Notes under the pieces: generated by a model | What the model was told of the DNA's origin: nothing | What the model saw: only the letters and a program-made list of their open reading frames with translations | Databases searched by the model: none | Shown here: positions 19,494-29,360 of the stretch, piece after piece | Position numbering within the stretch: the stretch's first letter is position 1 | Layout of the letters: every line of letters begins with the position of its first letter | Position numbers and translations under genes: made by a program | NCBI GenBank assembly: GCA_019057815.1 | Contig: JAHLWR010000002.1 | Coordinates: 64,001-128,000 of the forward strand | Direction: 5' to 3' | Length of the DNA: 64,000 bases | DNA from: Candidatus Heimdallarchaeota archaeon | GTDB lineage: Archaea > Asgardarchaeota > Heimdallarchaeia > Heimdallarchaeales > Heimdallarchaeaceae

Positions 19494-20549
19494 TTATCTC
19501 CTTTTTACTACAATAGCGACTAGTGCAACTAAGGTTATACCAGCGACTACTGCTACTACAATAATAACAGGATTTAAGCCCTGATCTATTCCCAGCGTTG
19601 GGTCGTGTACCATTTTCAGTCCATCACCATAATTAGGATAGGACAAGAATAGGTTTATGAAATCTTTTCCGAATTTCTTACCATTTCCAAAGTCTTCATC
19701 AAATCCATCATTGTTCATTGATGAAGTTACATTTACATCAGAAACTATATTGTCTTCAGAATCATAAATTTGAGCTGTAGGGACCCATGTAAAGTAGCTT
19801 GATCTTCCACCTGACTCATCGTAAAATTCTATACCATGTTTGTTCTCATTTTTAGTAGCATTTGCTGGTCTTTCGTAACCATCTTCAGTAACATTCACCC
19901 CATCACTTGCTTGTACCCTATGTTTGTAAGCCAGTTCATGAATCTTAACTGCAAAAACTAAACCTGTAGCTTCAGGACTAAAAGTCCAATTGTCAACAAT
20001 AATATCAAACTTAATCTCGGAAACAGACTTAATCTGATAGGTTGTTGTAATTATAGTATTTGTTTCGTTTATTTCTTCTGTAATCAAAACATCTTCTAGA
20101 TATACGTGGAAAACAAATGAAATTGTCGCTCCATTATCAAGAGTATCTGATGTTATTGTCCCTCTAACTTCATTTGTGAGTGTTTCTTTTGTAAGTGTCC
20201 AATCAAAAGATGAAGAGGCTAAATTGAAAGCTTTGCCACTTAATTCACCCATATTGTTTACCAATAGATCATCACCAAATAACTCAGCTATATGAGTAAA
20301 GGAAACATGAAAAACAGGCATCTTTTTCCCTTCAGAACTATTTACTAACCAGAACATCATATCGGGTTTTCCTTCATGTAATTTCATAGACAAAAAGTCG
20401 GTTTCAATAAAGGTTGACCCTTCTCTATCATTTACTCCTGGAGCGTTTTTCTTTGCTGAAACCAAGAATGATGTGGGTATGGAACTCATTATCAAAATGG
20501 TTAATACCCCAACCAGTAAAATTTTGTTTTTATTAAACATAAATACCAA
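19494..20549 (-). CDS. Secreted/surface protein with C-terminal TM anchor
   Basis: Signal peptide, beta-rich body with HDP motif, C-terminal TM + KRR. Confidence 0.75.
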   Translation of the reverse strand: MVFMFNKNKILLVGVLTILIMSSIPTSFLVSAKKNAPGVNDREGSTFIETDFLSMKLHEGKPDMMFWLVNSSEGKKMPVFHVSFTHIAELFGDDLLVNNMGELSGKAFNLASSSFDWTLTKETLTNEVRGTITSDTLDNGATISFVFHVYLEDVLITEEINETNTIITTTYQIKSVSEIKFDIIVDNWTFSPEATGLVFAVKIHELAYKHRVQASDGVNVTEDGYERPANATKNENKHGIEFYDESGGRSSYFTWVPTAQIYDSEDNIVSDVNVTSSMNNDGFDEDFGNGKKFGKDFINLFLSYPNYGDGLKMVHDPTLGIDQGLNPVIIVVAVVAGITLVALVAIVVKRR

Positions 20550-20803
20550 TTACTAATTAGCGTTTTTCTATATTAACACTTACATTTAAACAATTAAAGG
20601 TGCTATTTTCACACTGTTAGTCAAGTTCATCAAATCTTATCCAAAACCACTTGCAAAACAATGATTTATGAAAAGGAATATTTGATTTGCTATGAAATAA
20701 AAATAATTCTCCACAACAAAGATATTTATAGTAATTTACATATCAATTATATTAATGCTTATTCGGTAAACGAGAAAGCTCTAAAATAATAGGAGAAAAT
20801 GAA

Positions 20804-21697
20804 ATGAAATCGTTAAAATTTAACATGGTATCAATTATTGTTATTGGATTATTCCTAATCAACATATTTTCTGCGACGACACTTGTACAAGGACAGTTGG
20901 GAACATCATATCTAACCACGTTACAATCTGGCACATCATATGCATGGGAAGTAACAACATTGTCTACCTCTGGACCCTATCTGAGTCTGTCTTTCTTGGA
21001 TTTTGGAAATGATTCCTTAGAAAGTGGAGACATATTTTCAATTAATATTACTCAAAATATTAATGCCATAACTGATGGTGACCCATCTCAACTATTAAAC
21101 CAGTCAATAACTTGGTGTGACTTTTACTTAAATGGTGACTATAAGACAAATGCTACTGATGATGTTGAAATAATTACTTTCATCTGGTCTGGTCATTTCT
21201 TCCTTCAACCTACAAATTATGAAAATGTTACAGGGACATACAATAGTTTTCAACTGATGGAAAACACATACTTGCAAACTGCATATGAATTGAAGGATGA
21301 AGACATTTCGGTGAATTATTATGACTATACCCATTCAATTTATAAGCAATCTTCATCTCTAAATTCAAAAACATGGATCATTAAAATGGATTCAACTATC
21401 GACACAAAAGAAGATGATTTAACAGATCCATTAGATTGGGAAAAGAATGAAAGAACAATCACAACAACATCTGAAGCAAGATTTGATATAGAAACAGGAT
21501 TCTTATCCTATCTAGCTTACACCTACACATATTATGACAGAACAGAAATAGAAGGTTCTATAGACATAGATGAACGCTCTATTAACTTCATATTAGAAAG
21601 TATAACACTTGCTACCGATGCTCCATACAACTGGTCATTTTCAATAGTAAGTCTTCTGTTCATTGGTTTAGTAGTTATTTATAAAAGGAGAAAATAA
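20804..21697 (+). CDS. Secreted/surface protein with C-terminal TM anchor
   Basis: AGGAG SD, signal peptide, several NxT/S sequons, TDAP-TM-KRRK end. Confidence 0.78.
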   Translation: MKSLKFNMVSIIVIGLFLINIFSATTLVQGQLGTSYLTTLQSGTSYAWEVTTLSTSGPYLSLSFLDFGNDSLESGDIFSINITQNINAITDGDPSQLLNQSITWCDFYLNGDYKTNATDDVEIITFIWSGHFFLQPTNYENVTGTYNSFQLMENTYLQTAYELKDEDISVNYYDYTHSIYKQSSSLNSKTWIIKMDSTIDTKEDDLTDPLDWEKNERTITTTSEARFDIETGFLSYLAYTYTYYDRTEIEGSIDIDERSINFILESITLATDAPYNWSFSIVSLLFIGLVVIYKRRK

Positions 21698-21769
21698 CTA
21701 CTTTCCTTCCCTTCCCTTTTTTTGTTATTAGTTTTTACAACTACTATTAACCTCTGCTTGAAAAGATAA

Positions 21770-22219
21770 CTATTGAGTGTTAGTAAAAAAGTATATCACA
21801 AAAGGTAGAAGGGTATGATGTAACCCCTTTCCATAGTTTGTAAGTGAATACTTAACTCGTACAGGGGAAGAAGAAGATTCCACTTGACGATAAACAATTT
21901 TACCTTCAACAAGTTCTTTTAATCGCTCTGAAAGTGTTTTTGACGTTATAGTTTTGAGGTGATTCTTGATTTCATTGAAGTACAAATGTTCATGAAAGGC
22001 TAAAGCATTTACAATTTCAAGAGTCCATTTTCTTTGAAGGAATTGGAAAATATTTTTCATTAACATCCTTTCAATTTTCTCGTGTTGAGGAATATCGTTG
22101 AAAATCGCACAATGGTTACTTATTCCTTTTTCTGCTGCGAATTGTATTTCTTCAAGTAATTCTAGAATGTCTTTCCAATTATTTCGAAAACGTTCAGGAT
22201 TGAAAAAATTATTTTCCAT
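21770..22219 (-). CDS. HxlR-family winged-helix regulator
   Basis: KWTLEIV, FNEIK, ITSKTLSERLKEL, PVRVKYSLTNYG. Confidence 0.9.
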   Translation of the reverse strand: MENNFFNPERFRNNWKDILELLEEIQFAAEKGISNHCAIFNDIPQHEKIERMLMKNIFQFLQRKWTLEIVNALAFHEHLYFNEIKNHLKTITSKTLSERLKELVEGKIVYRQVESSSSPVRVKYSLTNYGKGLHHTLLPFVIYFFTNTQ

Positions 22220-22237
22220 ACTACCACCTTATGATTT

Positions 22238-22263
22238 ACTAGGTTTCTGTCTAGAAACCTAGT
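22238..22263. promoter_or_regulatory. Perfect palindromic operator between the divergent HxlR regulator and a membrane protein gene
   Basis: ACTAGGTTTCT-gtct-AGAAACCTAGT (11-bp arms). Confidence 0.7.
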
Positions 22264-22325
22264 TTAATGGCTGAAACTGTCTATCTTAATAATACTAGTA
22301 TTTATATTAAAGTTAGTGATAAACT

Positions 22326-22997
22326 ATGATACCTGCTGAGGATTGGTGGAATGTACTAGCAAGTTATAATGAATCTATTATGCCCTTTCAATTTATTTTG
22401 GCAACTATTGGAATACTCATAACATTTTGGTTTATAATCAAACCGAATAAAAAAGCGAATATTTTGCTGAAACTATATTTCAGTGTTAGTTTCGCAGTGA
22501 TAGCTGTAGTGTTCTTTTTAATAAAAGGTCGAGAGCTACCAGCATATATAGCTCAAGCTATTTGCTTTGGAAGTTTGTCGGTTTTATTTGCATTAGACAT
22601 AAAGTTTGATAAGATGAAATTTAGAACCCCTGAAGGAAAAATTAGGTTGATTTTCATGTATACCTCTTTCCTTCTTGTTTTTCTTTACCCTGTTGTAGGT
22701 ATGCTGGCTGGACATGTTTATCCTCGTATGATCCTTTATGGAACATTTCCTTGTCCAACAACAGCTTTAGCGCTAGTCTATGCAACTGCAAGTATGCCAA
22801 AAATAGATTGGAAAAGCATGATTCTGTTACTTATTTGGGCAATACCTTTTCCCATTGCAATTCAACTGCCTAAATTTGGTGTTTATGAAGATAGTATAAT
22901 GCTCTTTATTGGATTAGTTTCCTTGATTACATGGATTTGGTGGTTAGTGAGAAAATATAGAAAAAATAATCTAGAAAAGAAAAGATTATTTTCTTGA
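22326..22997 (+). CDS. Membrane protein (DUF6064-like)
   Basis: YNESIMPFQ, YPVVG, FPCPTT, GVYED motifs; multiple TM segments. Confidence 0.7.
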   Translation: MIPAEDWWNVLASYNESIMPFQFILATIGILITFWFIIKPNKKANILLKLYFSVSFAVIAVVFFLIKGRELPAYIAQAICFGSLSVLFALDIKFDKMKFRTPEGKIRLIFMYTSFLLVFLYPVVGMLAGHVYPRMILYGTFPCPTTALALVYATASMPKIDWKSMILLLIWAIPFPIAIQLPKFGVYEDSIMLFIGLVSLITWIWWLVRKYRKNNLEKKRLFS

Positions 22998-24272
22998 ATA
23001 TACAGATATATCAGCTATAGCCCCAGGTACCTCTTTTTCATGTTTTTCAGTCTCTTCAGTCTTTTCCTTTCTACCATATCTTTGACTATATCTATTTTGA
23101 CTTCTATCTTCATTTCTTTCTTGTTGAGAAAGATACATTTGTTCTATATCTCTATCCATAAAAAGTTCTATTTTACGGATTAATGGCATTTGGTCGCTTT
23201 CTACTAGCGAAATAGCTCGCCCTTTTCCTTCCATTCGACTTGTCCTACCGATTCTATGCACATATACTTCTGGATCCCCTTCTGGCAAATCATAATTGAA
23301 AATATGTGTTACATGAGGTATGTCTAATCCTCTTGCTGCCACATTTGTAGCTATTAAGCAATTTATCTTCTTGCCTCTAAAGTCCCTCATAACTATTTCT
23401 CTTTGTTTTTGTGTCATATCACCTTGTAATGTATCAATTCTTAACCTAATTCGTTTATCTTTTATAAGTCGCCTTTTTAGATTTGCTCCCCATCTCTTTG
23501 TATTAACGAATATTATGCAAGATGCTGGGTTTTCTTTGATAAGAATTTTAACAAATTTATTATACTTTTCTTTGGAGTTATCCACTTTATAGTAATATTG
23601 CTTGCAGCTTGTAACCGTAAGATTATCATGGCTAACGTTAATTTCCAATAATTCTTGACCCCAACTAAAATCAACTGCTATATCTTTAATTTCTTTAAGC
23701 ATTGTAGCAGAAAATAGTAGAAGCGTTGGAAAAATTTCTTTCATTGCTTTAAACAGGATAAACTCAACATCAGGAAGGAATCCCATATCCAACATCCTAT
23801 CTGCTTCATCTAAGACTACAATTTTCACATTATTAAAAGATAGGGCTCTTCTCTCGTATAAATCAATGAGTCGCCCAGGAGTGGCTATTACAATTTGAGC
23901 ACCAGAGCGAATTATGCTTATTTGCCTGTTAATAGAAACTCCACCATAAACTTCGACAGCTTTCAAGCGTCTATATCTAGTTAATTCGGAAATTACTCCA
24001 TAAACTTGTTTGCATAACTCTCTCGTAGGCACTAGAATAACTGATTGAACAGAACGTAAGGAAGGATCGAGTTTTTCAGCGATTGGAATAGAATAAGCTA
24101 AGGTTTTTCCAGTTCCAGTTCTAGCTTGAGCTAAAATGTGTGTTTTTTCTTTCTCAAGAATCTCTGGAATCGCTCGTTGCTGTATATCAGTAGGGGTATG
24201 CATCCCCATACCTTTTAAAGCATCCATAGTCTCGCTTGTTAAATTAAAATCTTCAAATTTCATTAATATCAT
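22986..24272 (-). CDS. DEAD-box RNA helicase (CsdA/DbpA-like)
   Basis: Q motif, TGTGKT, PTREL, TPGR, DEAD, SAT, ARGLD, HRIGRTSR. Confidence 0.95.
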   Translation of the reverse strand: MILMKFEDFNLTSETMDALKGMGMHTPTDIQQRAIPEILEKEKTHILAQARTGTGKTLAYSIPIAEKLDPSLRSVQSVILVPTRELCKQVYGVISELTRYRRLKAVEVYGGVSINRQISIIRSGAQIVIATPGRLIDLYERRALSFNNVKIVVLDEADRMLDMGFLPDVEFILFKAMKEIFPTLLLFSATMLKEIKDIAVDFSWGQELLEINVSHDNLTVTSCKQYYYKVDNSKEKYNKFVKILIKENPASCIIFVNTKRWGANLKRRLIKDKRIRLRIDTLQGDMTQKQREIVMRDFRGKKINCLIATNVAARGLDIPHVTHIFNYDLPEGDPEVYVHRIGRTSRMEGKGRAISLVESDQMPLIRKIELFMDRDIEQMYLSQQERNEDRSQNRYSQRYGRKEKTEETEKHEKEVPGAIADISVYSRK

Positions 24273-24493
24273 CTATATTTAGTTTTACAGTAAAACCAGA
24301 CTTCATTTTTTCTAATATATGATTCTAAGCTTTTTGTATTAATATTTATCAATATGTTGAAAAAAACTAGGTCGCTTAAACGATTATCTCCTAATCTTCC
24401 TCAACTCTAAACCTTTTTAGTCCCGGTACTTTAAAAGACTTCATATTTAACACAAATTACTTTAATGGGCAACAGCAGTAAGATTGAGGACAA

Positions 24494-25183
24494 ATGAAAA
24501 AAATAGGCATAGTTGGCGGATTAAGTGCTGAATCAACTATTGAATATTATAAAATACTAATCAGAGAGTATAATAAACAAATGGGAGGAGCTTCATCTCC
24601 ATTATTAGTTATTGATAGCCTCAATCTTGAAATAGTCAGAAATTTGATGGTAAACAATAATTGGGATGAGGTTTACTCTACTATCCTCTCATCAGTGAGA
24701 AATCTTGAAAAAGCAGGGGCTGGCATAATAATTATTGCTACAAATACAATTCATAAAATATACGAACAACTATCCAATGTCATCAAAACCCCTATAATTA
24801 GCATCATGGATGCAACTGCAGAAACTATAAAGAAAAAAAAACTAAAAAAAATAGGATTATTAGGGACGATCTTTACTATGCAAGATGATTTTTATCCTCT
24901 AGCATTTGCTAAATATGACTTAGAAATCATACCCCCATCAGAAAAAGATCAAGAATATATTAACAAGGTTATCTGGGAAGAATTAACACACAACATCCTG
25001 AAGGAAGAATCAAGAACAAGGTTTCTAGAAGTGATTAAAAGATTACAAGCTAAAGGTGCAGAAGGAGTGATATTAGGTTGCACAGAGATTCCCTTACTCA
25101 TAAAACAAGAGGATTGTAATATTCCAGTCTTTGACACTACAACAATACACGCTTTAGCAGTTTTGAAGAAAGCAATAGAATAA
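24494..25183 (+). CDS. Aspartate/glutamate racemase family protein (YgeA/RacX-like)
   Basis: IGIVGGLSAESTIEYY, ATNTIH, GLLGT, ILGCTEI. Confidence 0.9.
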   Translation: MKKIGIVGGLSAESTIEYYKILIREYNKQMGGASSPLLVIDSLNLEIVRNLMVNNNWDEVYSTILSSVRNLEKAGAGIIIIATNTIHKIYEQLSNVIKTPIISIMDATAETIKKKKLKKIGLLGTIFTMQDDFYPLAFAKYDLEIIPPSEKDQEYINKVIWEELTHNILKEESRTRFLEVIKRLQAKGAEGVILGCTEIPLLIKQEDCNIPVFDTTTIHALAVLKKAIE

Positions 25184-25228
25184 GAAAAAGAGATTATTTA
25201 TTTGTCCATCTCACCCTTTATATCTTTC

Positions 25229-25642
25229 TCACTGCAAATCTTCTTCTTCCTCTACTTTCGTTTGAAGCTTGATGGTTTCTGCCAAACTATACATTCGATC
25301 CAAAATAGACTTTGCTCCAATCCCTTTTAGCATCAGAGCATATTTTTGGGTTAGAAAGAATCCTCTAAGCTTGAACCACGAAGTTGTAACCAACACAGGT
25401 ACAACGCTTTTTTTAAGGACACATTGATGCTTACCTTTTTTGAGCTTCTCAGCAAGTCCTATTTTTCCACATTTTAAACAGAACTTCCATTTTGCTGATC
25501 TCTTGTATAGTGAATTAAAAGTCTCCTTATAGGCTAAAAAGCCTTCTGTAAAAGTAACAGACCATAATCCCATAATATAGTTTTTTGCTATAAGTCTGAT
25601 TTTGGATTTATCTAAATCTGTTATATCTGGCAAAAAATTCAA
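25229..25642 (-). CDS. Hypothetical protein with a CxxC...HxC zinc-binding motif
   Basis: FCLKCG and HQC motifs; start uncertain. Confidence 0.55.
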   Translation of the reverse strand: MNFLPDITDLDKSKIRLIAKNYIMGLWSVTFTEGFLAYKETFNSLYKRSAKWKFCLKCGKIGLAEKLKKGKHQCVLKKSVVPVLVTTSWFKLRGFFLTQKYALMLKGIGAKSILDRMYSLAETIKLQTKVEEEEDLQ

Positions 25643-25743
25643 CTCTAATACTTATCCACTTTTTTTGTGTCTTTAACACTTATTAATTTTATCTCACTTC
25701 GAAAAACATAACTGCTGTTTCTATGAAACGCATTTTTTGAAAT

Positions 25744-27471
25744 TCAACCTGTATATTTGTAAATTACTGCTCTTGTATCTATCTCATGGACAATACTGTA
25801 ATTATAAGGTATAAGAATATCGTTAATCTGTGTTGAATTCACATTATCAAGTGATGTTGAAACCACATAGTTATATATTTCATATTTAACAGAGATTAAT
25901 ACTCTTAAATTTACCCATTTTGTGTTTTGATGGACAAAAGGAACTGTTTCAAGTGAGATATTCTTGTGCAAATAGCTGTACATTTTGCCATGATACCAAG
26001 GCTCTAAAACAATGACACCTATAGAATCTTCTTGTTGTCCCACGTATGCTAAAGCTCGTGCTATTTCATCTCTTTCTTGCCAATAAGTGACTGATGCTGA
26101 GTAAATATTTGCTATTGAAGCAAGTAGGATTAATATTGTTATCAGTATGGTTGCAATATTCTCTTTTGTTATCTTTTCTTTAAATCGATTTTTTATTGTT
26201 TTATTCTCTTCTTTCAGTTTCAGTTTTTTAACTGTTTTGAATATTAACTTACTCAAGTATTCTACAATAATGACACTTATTATAGCTGTACAAATATGAA
26301 GGTAAATCGTCCCAAAATATACAAATCTGAATTCTTTATGTATTTGAAGAGAATAAAGAATATATATAAAAAGAGCAGCAAAAAGATAGGTTCCTGTAAT
26401 TTTTGTTTTGAGCCAATTTTTCCTTCCTTTAATTTTCTTTTTCTTCCAATCAACATAAGTTAAGAGTGCGAAACCAATACAACAGAATAGGTAGCCAATA
26501 ATTATTAGAAAACCTGAAACAGCTGTAAAATAGAAATAGAAAGGCGCAGTGCCGAAGTATTCAGCATGTCCTTCTATAATGTTAAATTTGAACCAATGAA
26601 TTGGAGAAACAAGAAATTCTTCATAGAATAATAAATCCACCATTCCTCCCAATAAGAAGGCACAGACAAAACCTAAGAATTGACTTAACAGAGCTTTCAA
26701 TCGCTTGTAGGGGAAATTGAATATTAGAAGTGCAACAAGTCCAATAATCAAATCCATACGTATATACAAGATTAGACCGATGAAGAAGCTGAGGAAGAAG
26801 ATTTTAAAATATTGTTTAAATTCAAAAGCTTTTTTGCATCTGATAAACAGAAATTTCGAATCGGTATTAAATGACGCTTTTTTGTTTGTTAATTTATCTA
26901 TAGTATTCCAATATAGATATATGCTGAAAAACACCCAAGGAACAAAAAAGAAGTTTGTTATACTTCGAAAAGATTCAAACATGATAAGAGGAGAGAAGGA
27001 TACTATAAATGTCGATAAAAAGGCGTACATTTTATTTCCACCTGTACTTTTTTTAACCAACAAATAAGTAGAAGGAGTTATTAAACATCCATTCAACGCC
27101 ATAAGAATTCGAATTACGGGTATTGTAAAGGTCCAATAATTCCAGTTAAACCATTTGCCAATTAACATAGGAAGTGTGAAAATAAAAGGAAATATAGGTG
27201 ATCTACTTTTAGCATAATTAGTGAACGAAGAATGTTCTAACCTATACTCAGGGGGAATGTGCCCATAACCATAAACCATATTATGAGCCATTTCTAAGCT
27301 TTGAAATACTTCATCTGAATAAACATGTCCCCAAGTATTTAGCGCAAAGTAGGACTGCAAAATGAGAGAGATAAGAGTAAGGAGGAGAAGAGCTATTACT
27401 TCTTTATTTCTGTAACAAAATTGCGTTATGTCCCTTTTCCTTATTTTTTTTACATTCTGTAGTAGATTCAT
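25744..27471 (-). CDS. GT-C glycosyltransferase, Alg9/PIG-B-like mannosyltransferase family (GT22)
   Basis: SDEVFQSLEMAH..YG, RS.IFP, FKFNI, HKEFRF motifs; multi-TM. Confidence 0.8.
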   Translation of the reverse strand: MNLLQNVKKIRKRDITQFCYRNKEVIALLLLTLISLILQSYFALNTWGHVYSDEVFQSLEMAHNMVYGYGHIPPEYRLEHSSFTNYAKSRSPIFPFIFTLPMLIGKWFNWNYWTFTIPVIRILMALNGCLITPSTYLLVKKSTGGNKMYAFLSTFIVSFSPLIMFESFRSITNFFFVPWVFFSIYLYWNTIDKLTNKKASFNTDSKFLFIRCKKAFEFKQYFKIFFLSFFIGLILYIRMDLIIGLVALLIFNFPYKRLKALLSQFLGFVCAFLLGGMVDLLFYEEFLVSPIHWFKFNIIEGHAEYFGTAPFYFYFTAVSGFLIIIGYLFCCIGFALLTYVDWKKKKIKGRKNWLKTKITGTYLFAALFIYILYSLQIHKEFRFVYFGTIYLHICTAIISVIIVEYLSKLIFKTVKKLKLKEENKTIKNRFKEKITKENIATILITILILLASIANIYSASVTYWQERDEIARALAYVGQQEDSIGVIVLEPWYHGKMYSYLHKNISLETVPFVHQNTKWVNLRVLISVKYEIYNYVVSTSLDNVNSTQINDILIPYNYSIVHEIDTRAVIYKYTG

Positions 27472-27722
27472 TTCTAGCCTTCCAACTAGTAGAAATTGAT
27501 TCTTATTGATATACTAATTCTTGATTTGCGGTTTAAGCAGAAATTCTATCTTTAAAAAATTTCCTTAAAGAATAGACAATCCAACTCAATGAGAAGAATT
27601 TATTAACGGATAATATTTCAAAATTTGTAGTTTGAAAAAAGCTCGAAAAGGTAAAGTTCACACCTGAGCTTTCTAACTTGAGTTAATAGAAAAAAACATG
27701 CAAAAAGAAGAGGATAATTTCA

Positions 27723-29360
27723 TTGTCGAGCAACATCATTGTATCAGAAAAAATTGAACCTGCTCCAATTGATCAGATTCGATCTGTTAGAGGGGAAATG
27801 GAAATTTCAAGCTCATTCCAGAGTTACCTTATTGACGAATCGAAAATTAGTGGCGGTCACGCAGATTGGTTATTCTTTCCTAAAACCGAAAGTGATCTTG
27901 TCACTATTATTGATAAAATGGGAAGGGAAAACCATCAGATTACTATCTCTGCGGCCAGGACAGGTATAGTAGGAAGTGCAGTACCATTTGGGGGAGCAGC
28001 TGTTTCCTTGGAAAGAATGGATAAGATATTTGGGCTTGGATTTGATGAAGAAGTAGGAAAATGGTTTTTGAGGATACAACCTAGTTTATCATTAGATCAG
28101 ATTAATGAGATTGTAAAACTGAAGAAACTTGAAGACCATCATAGTATTCCACTAGAGAAAAACTGGGTTGAAAAATTCAAAGAAGACTGTACACATTATT
28201 ATCCAATGGATCCAACAGAAATGACTGCTTCGATAGGAGGTACAATTAGTGCAAATGCATCTGGTGCGCGTTCATTCAAATATGGTGCTACAAGAAATTG
28301 GATTAAACGTATAAGAGTCATTCTTGGAACGGGAGAAGTTTTAGTTATTCCAAGAGGGAAATATAGAGCTAAAGATGGCGAATTTGTAATTAAAACTGCA
28401 GGAAAAGAGTTAATAGTAAAAATACCAACGTATAAGATGCCAACAGCAAAAAACGCAGCAGGGTTATATGCCAAACCTGATATGGATTTGATCGATCTTT
28501 TTATTGGCTCTGAAGGTATTTTTGGGATAATAACTGAAGCTGATATCTGGTTGAAAGAATATACATCTCAAATGTCCTGTGTAGCATTTTTCAATGATGA
28601 GTTAGATTCTCTCAAATTCGTTGATTTCCTACGAAACAATAAAAAAGTAGATCCTGAATTTGTTGAAATCTTTGATTGTAACGCCTTGAATCTTCTAAGG
28701 AACAAACAAAAAGAAGACCCTAAGTTTGTAGATATGCCCGATATATCTGAGGAAGCAACCACAGCTATATCATTTGACTTATCATATTCAGAAGAAGACA
28801 TGATGGAAAAATTCAACATTTTATCAGAAATGCTTGAAAAATGCAATTCATCTCTTGAAAAGACTTGGTGTGGATATGAAGAAAGAGAACTAGAACGGTT
28901 CAAACATTTCAGACATGCTGTTCCAGAGATGGTAAATAATATCATTGCTGAACGAAAGAAAAAGTTTCCTGAAATTCATAAACTAGGTACGGATATGTCT
29001 GTAGAAGATCAACATTTAACCGATATTATGCATTTTTATCATAAAGCACTCAAAGAGGAGGGTCTAGAATATGTTATTTGGGGGCACATAGGTGATAATC
29101 ATGTCCACGTCAACATTTTACCAAAGAACATGGTAGAGTTGGAATTGGGTAAACAACTTTACAAGAAATTCGCTAAAAAAGCAGTTGAATACGGTGGATC
29201 CGTCTCAGCTGAGCATGGAATTGGGATAATCAAACACGAATATCTAGAAATAATGTATGGTGAGGTGGGTATTAATCAAATGCGAGCTGTAAAATGTAAA
29301 TTAGATCCCAACTGTATCATAAATTGTGACAAAATCTTTTCAAGGAGTAAATGTATATGA
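27723..29360 (+). CDS. FAD-binding oxidoreductase, LctD/GlcD family (paralog 2), first gene of the etf operon
   Basis: Same FAD-oxidase motifs as paralog 1; GAGG SD + TTG start; abuts etfB. Confidence 0.92.
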   Translation: MSSNIIVSEKIEPAPIDQIRSVRGEMEISSSFQSYLIDESKISGGHADWLFFPKTESDLVTIIDKMGRENHQITISAARTGIVGSAVPFGGAAVSLERMDKIFGLGFDEEVGKWFLRIQPSLSLDQINEIVKLKKLEDHHSIPLEKNWVEKFKEDCTHYYPMDPTEMTASIGGTISANASGARSFKYGATRNWIKRIRVILGTGEVLVIPRGKYRAKDGEFVIKTAGKELIVKIPTYKMPTAKNAAGLYAKPDMDLIDLFIGSEGIFGIITEADIWLKEYTSQMSCVAFFNDELDSLKFVDFLRNNKKVDPEFVEIFDCNALNLLRNKQKEDPKFVDMPDISEEATTAISFDLSYSEEDMMEKFNILSEMLEKCNSSLEKTWCGYEERELERFKHFRHAVPEMVNNIIAERKKKFPEIHKLGTDMSVEDQHLTDIMHFYHKALKEEGLEYVIWGHIGDNHVHVNILPKNMVELELGKQLYKKFAKKAVEYGGSVSAEHGIGIIKHEYLEIMYGEVGINQMRAVKCKLDPNCIINCDKIFSRSKCI

